32,000 nt of DNA. Source: Candidatus Pacearchaeota archaeon. GTDB lineage: Archaea; Nanobdellota; Nanobdellia; Pacearchaeales; UBA284. The stretch is taken from the NCBI GenBank assembly GCA_026016245.1, contig CP061211.1, positions 120,001-152,000 of the forward strand. Direction: 5' to 3'. Under the pieces are notes generated by a model that made no database searches, was not told where the DNA came from, and saw only the letters and a list, made by a program, of their open reading frames with translations. Below, one piece after another: positions 17,989 through 25,475 of this stretch (positions are counted from its first letter, which is position 1; each line of letters opens with the position of its first letter). The position numbers were made by a program, and so were the translations under genes.

Positions 17989-18177
17989 ATGGCTACATTA
18001 AGCACAAGGAAATTAAATATAGCAAGACATAGGCAGGGTTGGTTTGCACACCAAGAAAGTGAAGAGAGAAAAAGAAGGTTAGAGGAACAGAAAAATAGAA
18101 AACCAGTAAGCAAAGAAGAACATAAAAGAAGGGTAGAAATGCTAAAGAAAATTGGGTTGTTAAAAGAAAATGAGTAA
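17989..18177 (+). CDS. small basic helical protein, possible regulator/antitoxin partner of the next gene
   Basis: 62 aa, overlaps 18170..18805 by 8 nt; MATLSTRKLNIARHRQGWFAHQESEERKRRLEEQ... Confidence 0.5.
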   Translation: MATLSTRKLNIARHRQGWFAHQESEERKRRLEEQKNRKPVSKEEHKRRVEMLKKIGLLKENE

Positions 18178-18805
18178 AGCCAAAGCGAAATTAAAGGGTA
18201 ATACTATAATTTTACAATTACATTATTCTCAAGGTGGAACAAGAATTGCAGATAAAGAGGGAAATCATCTTCCAAAGCCAACACAGGTAATAAATGATAA
18301 AAGATATTACATTGAATGGATGATAACTAATGATGAGATTAAGTTACTATCAAAACTTTTTAAGAAGGAAGAGGACATTACTGGTTTGATAAATTTATTA
18401 CAAAAAATAAGTAAATTTGCAGAAGAAACAAAATACTCTAAGAGAACAACATCTTTTGAGAAAAAAGAAATAGATAAATTTGAAGGTTTTAAGATATATC
18501 ATTATACTGATGATTTTAATTCTTTTGAAAAGATTCTTGATTCTGATTTAAGAGTAAGATTAACCTTTAAATTAGGAGATTTTGGTGTTACGGCTCATCC
18601 TCATATGTATGTTTTAATTCCTTTTAATTTCAAATCATTAAAGATAAAAAACATAGAAGGCAAAGTTAATGAAAATAAGCCATTAGGAAAAGGTTGTTTT
18701 GGGGAATTAAATTTAAATGAAGAAGAACTCAAAGAAATAATCTTAACTCTTGCTCACGCTTCAAATAATCACAGAAATGCTTTAATTGAAATTCTTAAAT
18801 CTTAA
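18170..18805 (+). CDS. hypothetical protein with KIYHYTDD..FEKIL motif reminiscent of DUF2971/ART-like proteins
   Basis: Intact 211 aa ORF; motif FKIYHYTDDFNSFEKILDSDLRVRL; family assignment is tentative. Confidence 0.55.
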   Translation: MSKAKAKLKGNTIILQLHYSQGGTRIADKEGNHLPKPTQVINDKRYYIEWMITNDEIKLLSKLFKKEEDITGLINLLQKISKFAEETKYSKRTTSFEKKEIDKFEGFKIYHYTDDFNSFEKILDSDLRVRLTFKLGDFGVTAHPHMYVLIPFNFKSLKIKNIEGKVNENKPLGKGCFGELNLNEEELKEIILTLAHASNNHRNALIEILKS

Positions 18806-19943
18806 TTTTAAAATCTAAAATATCAGATTTTTTTATTGATTTACTGCCAACTCTAATTGTAGAATTTTTAAAATGCTCTTGATTTTCATTTATCAATTTA
18901 CATATTCTTTCCTTTAACTTTTTGTCTTTGTTACATTCTTCTTTAAATTCAAAGACAAAAAACATATCATTCAAAATATCTTCTTCTTTATTGATTAATC
19001 CTGTTTTCCCTACACTTACATTCCCAACTCTCACAACAGCAAGGTAATAATCAGAAACATTTTTGTCTTGTGGTATCTCTTGTCTTTCTAATATATTCGC
19101 CCCAGAAACATTATTGTTTTCATAACTCCTGTTATATTTCACTCTCCTCTCAGATAAGAATTTTGAAAGGGGTATGCCTTCTTGTTTGTTGTTTTTCTTG
19201 TATAAAAAAGATTGAGGTATTAATTCTTCTGTTGATAGTTCTTGTTTGTTTAATATCTCTTTTACACTTTTATCATCTTCGTATAATAATATTATTTTAT
19301 CTTTGTATTCTAGAATGTTTGTGAAAATAGCAAAACAGCAGGGGATTGGTTCATCAAACCAATTTTTATCATTTTGATAAATAATAATTGTAGAAAAATT
19401 ATTTATAATTTCTTTCTTAATTTCTTTGTTCTTTTTTGCTATAAAAAAAGAAATAGGTAAAACGAAAGCGATAGAAGAATTTTTGTCCTTAAAATGTTTT
19501 ATAGATTTAAGAATAAATACATTTTCCATTTGAATTTTTGGTTTTTTAATAAGAACATTTGTTAAATACTCTTCTGGCTTAATCTCCTTATTTTTATAAT
19601 TATCTGAATAATAATAACTATTTTTAACATTATATTTAGTAAAGGGTGGATTTCCAATAATTAAATCAAATTTTTCTTTTAGAGGAAAAAGAAAGAAATC
19701 ACAAGGGTTATTAGTTAAATCTGTGTCTATTTCACAATCCACTATATTTTTAAAATCCCTATCTTTAAGCCCTCTTACAAAATTTTTAGTGCCTGAAGAT
19801 GGCTCTAAAATTCTTATATTTTTATCATACTTTTTATATTCTAATAACAAATTTAAGACTCTCTTTACAATATTCCTTCTTGTGAAATATTGCCCCCAAA
19901 CAAATTTCTTCTCTTTTTCCATATTGGGATTACGCTTTGCCAT
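18795..19943 (-). CDS. N6-adenine DNA methyltransferase
   Basis: GQYFTRRNIVKRVL, RILEPSSGTKNFV (motif I-like), FDLIIGNPPFTKY (motif IV NPPF), SIAFVLPISFF. Confidence 0.88.
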   Translation of the reverse strand: MAKRNPNMEKEKKFVWGQYFTRRNIVKRVLNLLLEYKKYDKNIRILEPSSGTKNFVRGLKDRDFKNIVDCEIDTDLTNNPCDFFLFPLKEKFDLIIGNPPFTKYNVKNSYYYSDNYKNKEIKPEEYLTNVLIKKPKIQMENVFILKSIKHFKDKNSSIAFVLPISFFIAKKNKEIKKEIINNFSTIIIYQNDKNWFDEPIPCCFAIFTNILEYKDKIILLYEDDKSVKEILNKQELSTEELIPQSFLYKKNNKQEGIPLSKFLSERRVKYNRSYENNNVSGANILERQEIPQDKNVSDYYLAVVRVGNVSVGKTGLINKEEDILNDMFFVFEFKEECNKDKKLKERICKLINENQEHFKNSTIRVGSKSIKKSDILDFKIKI

Positions 19944-19946
19944 TTT

Positions 19947-20864
19947 TTAATTCTTTTGACTTGCACAATATATCAAATCAAGCCATTTATTTTTACCAAG
20001 ATTTAGATTAACCCCAGCTTCTTCAATAGGGGTTTTATTAATGCCCTGATGAACACGAATAAAATTATAATAAACCACAAATAAAGATAATATTGCTTCT
20101 GCACTTTTCTTATCCTTAAAATTTCTCATAACTTTTATTCTTTGCCTAATTGTTCCTTGTATTCTCTCAACAATATTATTTCGTTTATCCTTATCTGCTT
20201 TTAATTTAATCCAAATTTTTTTGTCCTCTTTTCTATTTCTTGAACCCCAAACTTTCCTAAATGCTTTATTATATGAAGGTAGAGAATCTGTAAATAGATT
20301 AATAGGCTTGTTTTCTGTTTTTAAGAAAAGTATTTTTGCAGATTGATAATCTCTTTTTTCTGAATAATGAGAAGAAACCAAAACTCTTGTTCCTTTATCA
20401 ATCATATCCCAAAAATAATGCTGTTCTTTTTTACATTTAACAAAAATCTCGTCAGCATGATATTGTCCTGAAAGTTTTAAATCAAACTTTCTCTGAAAGT
20501 CTTTTAACAAGATAGCATATCTTCTTATCCAATTTAGAACAGATTGATGACTTACCCCATAATCTGAAAATTGATTAAAATGTTCTTTGATTTTTCTTAA
20601 ACTTAATCCATTCATATAAAGAGAAATACATTGAGTTACAACTTCTTTTTTATGTTTCATCTTGAAAAATCCATCATCAAGAGTAAATGTTTCAGAACAA
20701 GATTTACATTTCCATCTCTGTTTTTTTGTTGTATGATTAAATCTAAATCCCCATTTAATTAAAGTTTTAGATTTACAGAAGGGACATGCCTTCGGCTTTA
20801 TAACCGATACATTTTTATATTTCTTTGATTTATTGTTTTTGTATTTCATTAGCGTGGGATACAC
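19947..20864 (-). CDS. DDE transposase, IS6/IS240-like, with N-terminal zinc-finger and HTH
   Basis: CPFCKSK..WKCKSC zinc finger; YHADEIFVKCKKEQHYFWDMID; NLFTDSLPSYNKAF; NNIVERIQGTIRQRIKVMRNFK (D-D-E pattern). The ATG at 20849 is the likely start; the 20864 start is a GTG. Confidence 0.85.
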   Translation of the reverse strand: MYPTLMKYKNNKSKKYKNVSVIKPKACPFCKSKTLIKWGFRFNHTTKKQRWKCKSCSETFTLDDGFFKMKHKKEVVTQCISLYMNGLSLRKIKEHFNQFSDYGVSHQSVLNWIRRYAILLKDFQRKFDLKLSGQYHADEIFVKCKKEQHYFWDMIDKGTRVLVSSHYSEKRDYQSAKILFLKTENKPINLFTDSLPSYNKAFRKVWGSRNRKEDKKIWIKLKADKDKRNNIVERIQGTIRQRIKVMRNFKDKKSAEAILSLFVVYYNFIRVHQGINKTPIEEAGVNLNLGKNKWLDLIYCASQKN

Positions 20865-20880
20865 AGCCCTTCGGGGCTGT
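20863..20880 (+). terminator. GC-rich hairpin with UUCG tetraloop followed by T-run
   Basis: ACAGCCC-TTCG-GGGCTGT then TTTTATTTAA; 7-bp perfect stem reading on the plus strand, just upstream of the minus-strand transposase start. Confidence 0.6.
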
Positions 20881-20931
20881 TTTTATTTAATTATCTATTA
20901 TTAGTTATTAACTAATTATATTAGGATATAC

Positions 20932-21162
20932 CTATTTATAAATCTTTCGGTTCAAACTGGCTAAAGAAAAAATCGTCAGAAATAGGTGTCTTTTTAGAAT
21001 TAAATCTGATTCTTGCTTTAACCTTCTATCTAAAAATCTATTAAGTTTTTGAGAATAATCTTTAATATTTATGCCATGCTTTTTGTCAAATTCTTCTTTT
21101 AATAAAATTGCCTTTTCTCTTGTTTCCATAACTTTTAAATCGTGCTGATTCCAAAGATTCAT
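20932..21162 (-). CDS. small helical protein, co-operonic with AbrB-like gene
   Basis: 76 aa; its ATG overlaps the stop of the upstream 59 aa ORF (ATGA). Confidence 0.55.
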   Translation of the reverse strand: MNLWNQHDLKVMETREKAILLKEEFDKKHGINIKDYSQKLNRFLDRRLKQESDLILKRHLFLTIFSLASLNRKIYK

Positions 21163-21338
21163 TTTTTCCTTTTCTCCTTTTTATTTTGTTGCCCAATTTT
21201 TTCTATAAACAGAATTTCTTCACCCTTGCTTTTTCCAACATAAACCTTATCTCCATTTTCCCACCCAGTCGCTTCTATTACGTCTTTAGGAATGGTTATT
21301 GTTGCTTGTCCATTTTTGTTTATAGTTAATCTTCCCAT
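21159..21338 (-). CDS. AbrB/MazE/SpoVT-like swapped-hairpin DNA-binding protein (59 aa), not in supplied ORF track
   Basis: Translated by hand: MGRLTINKNGQATITIPKDVIEATGWENGDKVYVGKSKGEEILFIEKIGQQNKKEKRKK*; the xxGQaTITIPKDVIEATGWenGDKVyV pattern is typical. Confidence 0.8.
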   Translation of the reverse strand: MGRLTINKNGQATITIPKDVIEATGWENGDKVYVGKSKGEEILFIEKIGQQNKKEKRKK

Positions 21339-21367
21339 AACGTTATATTAACGTTAAATTAACGTTA
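21338..21367. promoter_or_regulatory. triple TAACGTTA operator-like palindrome array with 11-bp period
   Basis: Exact TAACGTTA at 21338-21345, 21349-21356 and 21360-21367, between a TATA-like TTTATAA (minus strand) and the AbrB-like ATG. Confidence 0.75.
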
Positions 21368-21430
21368 TAAACCTTTCTATTCTCAAATTTTTCCAAAAGG
21401 TTTAAATAGCCATTTGCTAATTATATTAGT

Positions 21431-21709
21431 ATGGCTAAAGCAATTCCAAAATGGGTGATGGAAAGGTTATCACGACTTTGGAAAAAGTATGGCGATAGTC
21501 AAGCAATAACTTTCAAACAAATAAAGGATGTTTTAAAGATGGATGACGAAAACACAATAAGGGTATTCATAAATGAATTGAAAAAAGCAGATTGGATAGA
21601 AGTTCAATTAAGCCCAGAAAGTTCAAGAGAAAGAATCTATATTCTGAAAGAACCAAATAAAATTATGATGGAGATTGTTTCAAATGGAAATAAAAGAAGT
21701 AAAGGTTGA
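21431..21709 (+). CDS. winged-helix/HTH-like small protein
   Basis: 92 aa; ITFKQIKDVLKMDDENTIRVFINELKKADWIEVQLSPESSRERIYILKEP has a wHTH-like pattern; TATA-like GTTTAAATAG upstream. Confidence 0.65.
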   Translation: MAKAIPKWVMERLSRLWKKYGDSQAITFKQIKDVLKMDDENTIRVFINELKKADWIEVQLSPESSRERIYILKEPNKIMMEIVSNGNKRSKG

Positions 21710-22796
21710 ACTTGTTGATAAAAATTCAAGATTTGTCCTTAAAAAGATAATAACTAATAAAGGGGAATTTTATAATAGGCAACTTGCAGTATCAAATTCT
21801 ATTTATGCTTGTGAGAAAAAAAGATTAATTTATGGAAAAGCTTTATTTGATTCTATTTTTCAAACTTTTCATATAATGTGGAATAGTGATGAAGAAGAAT
21901 GGGATTTTATAGGATTAAAAAAAGCAAAAGAACACTCAAAAAATAATGGAAGAATTTTTATCCCATACAAACAAAGAAATGAAAAGCAGTGGAATGAATT
22001 AACTTGGAAAGAAGCCGAAGAAGAATTTAAGAAATTTCAGAAAAAAGTAAATATTGTTCCTTATCCAATTCCTTTAAATGCTTCTTTAGAAGAATGGAGA
22101 ATAAAGAAAAAGGAAGCATTAGGATTATTAGAACCAAATCAAAAACTAATTTCTATACTTTCATCTAAACATCATAATATTAATAATTTCCTTTTATTAG
22201 TAAAAGAAGAATTAAAAAATTCATTTTTTCTTGGAATTTGTTGTTATGGATTAAGCACAACTTTAGAGAAAATAAATTTATCTTTACTTAATTCAATAAA
22301 TTCCTCTTTTAATGTAGAAGATAAAACTGCTTTAATAGGTTATTTTGATTATGCGAGGATGTTAATGAACCATTCAAATATCGCTGGTTCTTTCGCTTAT
22401 TCTTGTTTTGCTGGAGATTTCTTTTCAGAAAAATCTTATTTTATTCCGAGAATGTCTAAAAAAGCAAGAGAAAAAATGTTTAATAAAAAACCAGAGGATT
22501 TTTATTTTTATGATATAAAAGAAAAAAAATTCAATAAATCCCTTCCACAATCAGGATGGTATGGTTTTGATTTAACAAGAAATTCTCTAAAAATGATTTC
22601 TGTAAATGAAGGTTTAACTGGCTATCAAACAATAAAATGGATTAATCATTTTTTACAGCAGAGAGATTTAAAATTAATTAATGAACTTCTTATTTCTAAA
22701 AAGAATGTTCTTAAATCATTAAAAAATTATACTGGTTGGAATGTTTTTTGGGATACAATAAAACCAAACTCCCCTGAAATTCAAAGAACTTTATAG
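21684..22796 (+). CDS. unknown 371-374 aa protein overlapping the wHTH-like gene
   Basis: ORF MEIKEVKVELVDKNSRFVLKKI... overlaps the upstream gene by about 26 nt; no family recognised. Confidence 0.65.
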   Translation: MEIKEVKVELVDKNSRFVLKKIITNKGEFYNRQLAVSNSIYACEKKRLIYGKALFDSIFQTFHIMWNSDEEEWDFIGLKKAKEHSKNNGRIFIPYKQRNEKQWNELTWKEAEEEFKKFQKKVNIVPYPIPLNASLEEWRIKKKEALGLLEPNQKLISILSSKHHNINNFLLLVKEELKNSFFLGICCYGLSTTLEKINLSLLNSINSSFNVEDKTALIGYFDYARMLMNHSNIAGSFAYSCFAGDFFSEKSYFIPRMSKKAREKMFNKKPEDFYFYDIKEKKFNKSLPQSGWYGFDLTRNSLKMISVNEGLTGYQTIKWINHFLQQRDLKLINELLISKKNVLKSLKNYTGWNVFWDTIKPNSPEIQRTL

Positions 22797-22820
22797 TCAC
22801 GTGACGCAAAGGATAAAACA

Positions 22821-22862
22821 TTAAGGGGTTGCTTGTTCTTTCCAAGCAAGTTAATCCCTTAA
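22821..22862. repeat. imperfect inverted repeat / hairpin downstream of the unknown gene
   Basis: Outer arms TTAAGGG (22821-22827)/CCCTTAA (22856-22862); inner arms TTGCTTG (22829-22835)/CAAGCAA (22843-22849). Confidence 0.65.
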
Positions 22863-22970
22863 CGCCTTCTTTAAATTATTAATTCTTTCTACCTTTTAAT
22901 CTTTTCTATGATTTTGGCTTTGTATATAAAGTCTGAATAAGGGCTTACTTTTTAAACAAAATTTATTTTA

Positions 22971-23315
22971 TTATTTCAAGGTTAACATTTGTGCCATTAT
23001 GACAAAATTAACTTTAAAAGATAATTCTGGAAAATCTTCTTTGATTTTATTCCATATCCACATTTCTTCTTCAAAATAAGGTATAAAATTTCCTTTATCT
23101 TTCTCTTTAAATGATTCTACTTGGTCTATTCCAAAAATTTTGTGATAAGCTTCATGTATTACAATAACTTCAATTGATTCTAAAGGATTATCCCTTCCAA
23201 CCCATATTTCTTCTGGTTGAAGTGAAGCCCCTTCACCATCAACAATTTTTACAGGAAATTCAAAATTGTATTTCTCTTTAAGTTTTTTCTTAGCAGATTC
23301 TATTTCTTTTTTCAT
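22971..23315 (-). CDS. small HExxH putative zinc peptidase-like protein
   Basis: VIVIHEAYHKIFGID contains HExxH in a helix-like context. Confidence 0.5.
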   Translation of the reverse strand: MKKEIESAKKKLKEKYNFEFPVKIVDGEGASLQPEEIWVGRDNPLESIEVIVIHEAYHKIFGIDQVESFKEKDKGNFIPYFEEEMWIWNKIKEDFPELSFKVNFVIMAQMLTLK

Positions 23316-23410
23316 AACAAATAAAATATTCTCTCTACATATAAATTTTTTGATTTAAATTATATAATTAAAATCCACCAACCTAAGACTTTACAGAACC
23401 AATAAAAACA

Positions 23411-23521
23411 TGCGCCAGCTGGGATTTGAACCCAGGTAACAACCTATCTCCAAAGTTTAGGGTTGATAAGGGATATGCCCTTATTTGGGAGGGTTGTGTC
23501 TTACCACTGGACTACTGGCGC
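23411..23521 (-). tRNA. tRNA-Gly(CCC) with a 40-nt intron after position 37
   Basis: GCGCCAG...CTGGCGC acceptor stem, GGTTCAAAT T-arm, anticodon loop CTCCCA/A; intron 23446-23485 with a bulge-helix-bulge-like CTCC/GGAG helix and 3-nt bulges CAA and ATA; mature length 71 nt. Confidence 0.85.
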
Positions 23522-23577
23522 TTGCATAATTGAGAGCAAAAATGTTTATAAATCTTGATTACTTTTAATATTGGAGG

Positions 23578-23946
23578 TTGAGGGAGAGAAGTATGAGGAT
23601 AAAGACAGCATACATGCTAATACCTGTTGGAACAAAACAGAGAGATGATCCAGGAGAATATATTGAATGTCCTAGAGAGAAGAAAGTTTTTGGGGAATCA
23701 AGACTAATTACTAAGAAAGGAAGAAATAAACACACTCAAAGTACTTTAGAATGTCAATGTTTTATTGTTTTATCTAACACTCTTGATGCAAGACTTATAA
23801 TTGAATTTGAAAAAAGTGTTAATTTACAAATGTGTCGTGCTGCTGTTCATTATGAAAGAGATAGAGATGTAGAAAGCATAGAAAAAATTTTAAAACCTAT
23901 TAGTGTTTATGGGGCTGAGTATAAGAAGGCTGGGGAAGGAAAATGA
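23578..23946 (+). CDS. hypothetical protein
   Basis: Intact 122 aa ORF, 4-nt overlap (ATGA) with next gene. Confidence 0.6.
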   Translation: MRERSMRIKTAYMLIPVGTKQRDDPGEYIECPREKKVFGESRLITKKGRNKHTQSTLECQCFIVLSNTLDARLIIEFEKSVNLQMCRAAVHYERDRDVESIEKILKPISVYGAEYKKAGEGK

Positions 23947-25091
23947 ATGTATGGGATAGAATAATTGATGCTAGCAAACTACCAAATATAAGTGATTTTT
24001 CTACAGTTTATGATATGAATGAAAATGAGGAAATGGAAATAAAAGAATCAGGCAAACCAACACTTGAGCAGACTGTTGAAATATTGCATTTAGTGGCTGT
24101 GCTTGACAGTGAATCTGCTATTATTTTACCTAATGGTTTTACTTATAGGGTTGATGCTCGCACAGTAAGGAAGAATGTAAGGCCTATAATGTTAAAAAGA
24201 ATTAGAACTAAAAGGGAAGCTATTGAACAAGAAATTACACCTAGCAAACTTGCCAGAGAAAAAATAGAGAAGATGCGTTTTAGGTATCAAATAAAGCCAG
24301 AAACATTAAGGGAGGATTATGCTGGTATTAATTTTGTTGGTATAACTGACAAGAAAATCAAGAATTATTTGATTTCTGACGCAATTGAAGGTTATTTACA
24401 TGCAAAAAATGCTAGCAGTTTAATTGAAATCCAGAGATGGGATACACTTGAAAGTCTTTTGAAAGAAAGGAAATACCAAGAAAGATTATCTTTTCAAGAA
24501 AAACTGGCATTAAAACGTGTTACTATGAGGAAAGAAATCCTTAAGATGGGGTCTAGAAAAAAGACCCTGACAGAAGTTCCAGAAAAACCTCGCAGAATTA
24601 TTTTAACAAGAGAAGCAGTAAGGGTTGCTAAGAAAGTTCCATCCACAAGTGAGAGGGGAAAATTTTACAAGGAAATAAGATTTAGAAGACTTCCTGAAGT
24701 GTTTCCAGATAATGAATATCCAGAACTTAACAAGGAATTTTATGCTGCATGGACAGATTTTTGGATAGAGCCACCTTGTACATGTCAAGACAAGACATGG
24801 TTCATTTCTTACATAAGGCCTAATCAAGTATGGTATTGTATTCATGAAATAGCTGCTTTTAGAAAGGCTTTGAGCATGGATTGGCAAGAAGGTAGACCAG
24901 TAACTTATCCTGATCCTTATATTGCCACATCTCCTTTTTTGAGACTGTCACAAGATTACATTAATTATTATATGAAATGGAAAAAGCAAGTATTTATTAA
25001 AAAAAGAAATAGTTATCAACACCTTGCCAAAGTTTATCTTGATATATGGCCTGAAAAACAAGTTAGGCGGGGAAAAATAGAATTATTGTAA
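23943..25091 (+). CDS. hypothetical protein
   Basis: Intact 382 aa ORF in a three-gene cluster. Confidence 0.65.
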   Translation: MNVWDRIIDASKLPNISDFSTVYDMNENEEMEIKESGKPTLEQTVEILHLVAVLDSESAIILPNGFTYRVDARTVRKNVRPIMLKRIRTKREAIEQEITPSKLAREKIEKMRFRYQIKPETLREDYAGINFVGITDKKIKNYLISDAIEGYLHAKNASSLIEIQRWDTLESLLKERKYQERLSFQEKLALKRVTMRKEILKMGSRKKTLTEVPEKPRRIILTREAVRVAKKVPSTSERGKFYKEIRFRRLPEVFPDNEYPELNKEFYAAWTDFWIEPPCTCQDKTWFISYIRPNQVWYCIHEIAAFRKALSMDWQEGRPVTYPDPYIATSPFLRLSQDYINYYMKWKKQVFIKKRNSYQHLAKVYLDIWPEKQVRRGKIELL

Positions 25092-25093
25092 AA

Positions 25094-25429
25094 ATGACAA
25101 AATTTTTTAAGGTTAAGGCGGAAGAAGGATCACTTATTTATTTTTTAGACCTCTATAATTTTTTAAAAAGAAATGATTATTTTCAGGTTGCTGTTCCAGA
25201 AAATAAAGAATATCATCTTGATGCTGTTTTTTCAGCATTATGTCGTATGGGTAGTCTTCCAGATAATCCTTCTGAAATATCTTTTTTTGAGCAACATAAT
25301 GAGCTTGTAGGAAAAGTCTTGACAACTTACAAGATTTTAAAAGATGGTATGGTTACTAGCGTGAGAAGCATCATAGAGATAGCAGAACTTCTAAATATAG
25401 ATATGAATCATCAATTAGAGAAATTTTAG
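25094..25429 (+). CDS. hypothetical protein
   Basis: Intact 111 aa ORF, 2 nt after the previous gene. Confidence 0.6.
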   Translation: MTKFFKVKAEEGSLIYFLDLYNFLKRNDYFQVAVPENKEYHLDAVFSALCRMGSLPDNPSEISFFEQHNELVGKVLTTYKILKDGMVTSVRSIIEIAELLNIDMNHQLEKF

Positions 25430-25475
25430 TTTTTATTTAAGAAACTTTTTTAAGTCTCTTTCTCTTGGATTTTTT

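Larger units (their letters stand above)
17468..23419. mobile_element. putative genomic island / integrative element abutting tRNA-Gly
   Basis: Accessory-type genes (transposase, DNA MTase, AbrB-like regulator, small operons) ending at a tRNA 3' end; ATGCGCCAGC occurs at both edges in direct orientation (17468-17477, 23410-23419). No integrase found; boundaries are a hypothesis. Confidence 0.3.

Noticed and set aside
19070-19950. Plus-strand ORFs of 84 and 75 aa
   Set aside because: Antisense to the DNA methyltransferase gene; hydrophobic artefacts.
24603-25325. Minus-strand ORFs of 94 and 63 aa
   Set aside because: Antisense to the hypothetical gene cluster with better coding structure on the plus strand.
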